Virus record (IMG/VR): IMGVR_UViG_3300021962_000081
DNA: 20,000 nucleotides
Origin: an uncultured virus (IMG/VR IMGVR_UViG_3300021962_000081)
Lineage: Duplodnaviria; Heunggongvirae; Uroviricota; Caudoviricetes
Direction: 5' to 3' (one strand)
Shown here: positions 17,220 through 20,000 of the stretch, piece by piece
How the letters are laid out: every line of letters starts with the position of its first letter
Numbering within the stretch: the first letter of the stretch is position 1
Position numbers and translations under genes: made by a program
The notes under the pieces: model-generated
Database searches by the model: none
Seen by the model: only the letters and a program-made list of their open reading frames with translations
What the model was told of the DNA's origin: nothing

Positions 17220-17228
17220 GGATAAAAC

Positions 17229-17816
17229 ATGGCAAGCATAGTAGTCTATTGGATACACTTAGAAGACCATACTGATATGTTCAGTCAAGGCTATATTGGG
17301 GTGTCTAAAAATACTTCTAAACGTTTTGAAGAGCATAAGAATAGACCTTCCAATGTACATTTAAAGAATGCTATTAAAAAATATGGTTGGGATAATCTAG
17401 TAAAGAGTATTGTTTTGATTGCTGATGAAGCATATTGTTTGCTTATGGAAACCAAATTAAGAGCTGAAGATAAAATTGGCTGGAATGTAGTTAAAGGCGG
17501 TGGTATGCCACCAAGCACATTAGGTAAAAAATTTACTGTATCAGAAGAAACTCGTAAAAAAATTAGTATTGCAAATAAAGGCCATAAGCATACCCCAGAA
17601 ATTGAAGCCTTAGTAACTCAAAACCTTTTAACTCATGGAGTCAATACAAGATTTTCCAAAGGGTTTACACCATGGAATAAAGGATTGCAAATAGGTAAAG
17701 AGGCAACAAAACATTTATATATTAAACTAACTTGCCCACATTGTAATAAAATAGGCAATTTAGGTGGAATGAAAAGATGGCATATGGACAATTGTAGATT
17801 AAAGGAAATAGCATAA
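17229..17816 (+). mobile_element. Free-standing GIY-YIG homing endonuclease gene (195 aa) with NUMOD3-like and C-terminal CxxC/His-Cys motifs
   Basis: VVYWI...GYIGVS (GIY-YIG variant), KRFEEH (catalytic Arg region), conserved Glu (LMETKL), GWNVVKGG, SEETRKKISIANKG (NUMOD3-like), PWNKG, CPHC...RWHMDNC. Composition contrasts with the Gly-rich neighbours. Confidence 0.85.
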
Positions 17817-18871
17817 TGGCGAGTATAGTGGTAAGTGGCGATGTGTCGGGAACCGTAACATTATCAGCCCCAGCAACGGCAGGTACAACTACGCTTACTC
17901 TTCCTACTACAAACGGCATTTTTGTAACTGCTAATTCATCTACAGGTGGAGCCTATATTCCTGCTGGAACTACTGCGGAAAGACCAACGAGTCCTACTAC
18001 AGGTCAAATTCGATTTAATACAACACTTAATACTTCAGAAGTATACAACGGTACTACATGGCAATCTACAAATGTAGGAGCAAATTATTCTGCATCTTAT
18101 TTAGTAGTAGCTGGAGGAGCTGGTGGGGGATTTGGCCAAGGTCTTGGTGGCGGAGGCGGAGCTGGTGGTTTCCTTACAGGAACAGCAACTTTACTTTTAG
18201 GAACAACATATACAGCCACTGTAGGCGCAGGTGGGGCTGGAGGAACAAGCACTGTTGGTGCAAGTGGGAGTAATTCAGTATTTAGTTCTATCACAGCTAC
18301 AGGTGGTGGAGGTGGTGGTGGAGGAAATTCTGGCACTATAAATGGAGTAAGCGGTGGTTCTGGAGGCGGTGGCGGTGAAGTTGCAGGAGTTGTAGGATCA
18401 GGCGGTGCTGGAACTTCAGGACAAGGTTTTGCTGGTGGATTAGCAAGTACAGGAGCAACATATAGATGTGGTGGAGGAGGAGGTGCTTCAGCTGTAGGTG
18501 CCTCAGGCTTATCATCAGGTAATGGTGGCGCAGGTACTGCATCATCTATTACGGGCACATCAGTAACGTATGCAGGTGGTGGTGGCGGAGCTGCATATCT
18601 TGGTCCAACACCTGGAGCTGGCGGAGCTGGTGGTGGTGGAGTAGGAGGAAGCACAATACCAACAAGCGATCCAAGTGCAGGCACTGCAAACACAGGCGGA
18701 GGCGGTGGTGGAAATACATCTGGAAATGGAGCGGCTGGCGGCTCAGGAGTAGTCATATTAAGTGTACCTACAGCAAACTATACAGGTGTTACAACAGGTT
18801 CACCAACTATAACAACCTCAGGTTCAAACACAATTATAAGATTCACTGCTTCAGGCACATACACAGCATAA
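17816..18871 (+). CDS. Glycine-rich tail fibre/adhesin-like protein 2 (351 aa)
   Basis: TAATG overlap with the endonuclease gene, SD AAGGA. GTTAERPTSP..GQIRFNTT...EVYNGTTW, YSASYLVVAGG, polyglycine tracts, ends YTA. Confidence 0.82.
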   Translation: MASIVVSGDVSGTVTLSAPATAGTTTLTLPTTNGIFVTANSSTGGAYIPAGTTAERPTSPTTGQIRFNTTLNTSEVYNGTTWQSTNVGANYSASYLVVAGGAGGGFGQGLGGGGGAGGFLTGTATLLLGTTYTATVGAGGAGGTSTVGASGSNSVFSSITATGGGGGGGGNSGTINGVSGGSGGGGGEVAGVVGSGGAGTSGQGFAGGLASTGATYRCGGGGGASAVGASGLSSGNGGAGTASSITGTSVTYAGGGGGAAYLGPTPGAGGAGGGGVGGSTIPTSDPSAGTANTGGGGGGNTSGNGAAGGSGVVILSVPTANYTGVTTGSPTITTSGSNTIIRFTASGTYTA

Positions 18872-18879
18872 GGACAATA

Positions 18880-19881
18880 ATGGCACTCATACTTACAGGA
18901 ACCTCAGGAGCAAGTACACTAGATAGTTCTACAGGATTAGCTGTGGCTACTTGGACTACAGGTACACGCCCGTCTGCTCCTGTTGCTGGTCAAATGGGGT
19001 GGAATACGACTACTAGTTTAATGGAAGTTTATACAGGAACTGCGTGGGTTGCTGTAGGTGACCAATCAGCTAATTATTCTGCTTCATATCTAATTGTAGC
19101 TGGTGGTGCAGGAGGAGGTGGTGGCAATGGTGGTGGGGGTGGTGGTGCTGGAGGATATTTAACTAGCACAGTTACTTTAACTAAAGGTACTACTTATACT
19201 GCAACTGTAGGTGCTGGAGGTACTGGAGGGGTTATCAGTGGTGCTGCAGTTACCAATGGATCAAATTCTACTTTTACTGGTTTAACTACTGCAATTGGTG
19301 GAGGTGCTGGAGGGTATGGTAGTCCAGCTAATGGTGCTTCTGGTGGTTCTGGTGGTGGTGGTGTATATACTGGTGGTACTGGCGGTGCAGGCACTGCGGG
19401 TCAAGGTAATACTGGAGGTAATGGAGCCGCATCCCCTTACAACTGTGGAGGAGGTGGAGGTGGGGCTAGTGCTGTAGGTGGTAATGCATCTAATGCTGGT
19501 TCTGGTGCAGGTGTAGGCGGTGCAGGCACTGCATCTTCTATAACAGGTTCTTCTGTAACATATGCTGGCGGTGGCGGTGGCGGATCTGATGAAAGAGATG
19601 GTCCAGGAGGGGCAGGTGGCGCTGGTGGTGGAGGCGCTGGTGGTTATAATGTTGCAGGAACTGCAGGAACTGCTAATACTGGTGGCGGTGGTGGAGGCGG
19701 TGGTAGAGCAAATTCAGGTACACCTAATGAAAAAAATGGTGGCAACGGTGGTTCTGGTGTAGTTATTTTATCAGTCCCAACATCAAACTATTCTGGTACA
19801 ACTACAGGTTCACCTACAATTACAACAAGTGGTTCTAACACAATTATTAAATTTACAGCAAGCGGTTCTTACACCGCATAA
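18880..19881 (+). CDS. Glycine-rich tail fibre/adhesin-like protein 3 (333 aa)
   Basis: SD TAAGGA. WTTGTRPSAP..GQMGWNTT...EVYTGTAW, YSASYLIVAGG, polyglycine tracts, ends YTA. Confidence 0.82.
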   Translation: MALILTGTSGASTLDSSTGLAVATWTTGTRPSAPVAGQMGWNTTTSLMEVYTGTAWVAVGDQSANYSASYLIVAGGAGGGGGNGGGGGGAGGYLTSTVTLTKGTTYTATVGAGGTGGVISGAAVTNGSNSTFTGLTTAIGGGAGGYGSPANGASGGSGGGGVYTGGTGGAGTAGQGNTGGNGAASPYNCGGGGGGASAVGGNASNAGSGAGVGGAGTASSITGSSVTYAGGGGGGSDERDGPGGAGGAGGGGAGGYNVAGTAGTANTGGGGGGGGRANSGTPNEKNGGNGGSGVVILSVPTSNYSGTTTGSPTITTSGSNTIIKFTASGSYTA

Positions 19882-19895
19882 CAAGGAGAAAAACA

Positions 19896-20000
19896 ATGAG
19901 TCATTTTGCAAAAGTAGTAGACGGTAAGGTTACACAGGTCATCGTGGCTGAACCAGAATTTTTTGATACATTCGTAGATTCAAGTCCTGGTACTTGGATT
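19896..20000 (+). CDS. 3'-truncated hypothetical protein (possible fibre-associated/assembly protein)
   Basis: Translated manually: MSHFAKVVDGKVTQVIVAEPEFFDTFVDSSPGTWI, open to the window end. SD AAGGAGA upstream. Confidence 0.72.
   Translation, partial: MSHFAKVVDGKVTQVIVAEPEFFDTFVDSSPGTWI

Noticed and set aside
17220..17816. Group I intron or intein hosting the GIY-YIG endonuclease
   Set aside because: There are only 9 nt upstream and a 1-nt overlap downstream, leaving no room for an intron core. No intein terminal motifs are present, and both flanking genes are complete.
14591..19394. Minus-strand Pro/Val-rich ORFs (14591-15235, 16889-17239, 18097-18756, 19194-19394)
   Set aside because: These are antisense shadows of GGN/ACN-rich codons in the fibre genes; polyproline simply mirrors polyglycine.
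18740..19881. Possible diversity-generating retroelement TR/VR pair in the similar C-termini of Gly-rich genes 2 and 3
   Set aside because: Differences are spread across synonymous positions of all bases rather than being adenine-specific, and no reverse transcriptase is in the window.
1..20000. CRISPR array, tRNA genes, integrase or IS elements, stop-codon reassignment
   Set aside because: No spaced identical repeats, cloverleafs or recombinase motifs were seen. Genes tile the window under the standard code, with TAA, TGA and TAG all used as stops.

Overview
This window is the virion morphogenesis region of a tailed dsDNA phage (Caudoviricetes). It is AT-rich, densely coding, and every credible gene is on the + strand. 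Gene order is: large terminase (5'-truncated), 830-aa portal, small conserved ORF, GroES-like co-chaperonin, scaffold-like coiled-coil protein, hypothetical, capsid decoration-like protein, major capsid protein (Mu gpT-like family), terminator, structured intergenic RNA candidate, minor structural proteins, a cluster of small Lys/Gly-rich basic proteins, neck/adaptor-like proteins, tail proteins, a repetitive tail fibre, and three paralogous polyglycine proteins interrupted by a GIY-YIG homing endonuclease. The most notable observations are four. (1) A candidate double-pseudoknot RNA lies downstream of the capsid gene and ends at the next gene's RBS; it may be the Mu-gpT-DE motif. (2) The homing endonuclease seems to have taken over the RBS and first six codons (MASIVV) of its neighbour, which has a synonymously recoded copy of them. 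(3) An uncalled 21-aa cationic amphipathic peptide ORF has a strong RBS. (4) A hydrophobic-x-x-Gly-Gly motif recurs across the basic proteins and could be a processing signal. All family assignments come from motif recognition and gene order, not database searches.
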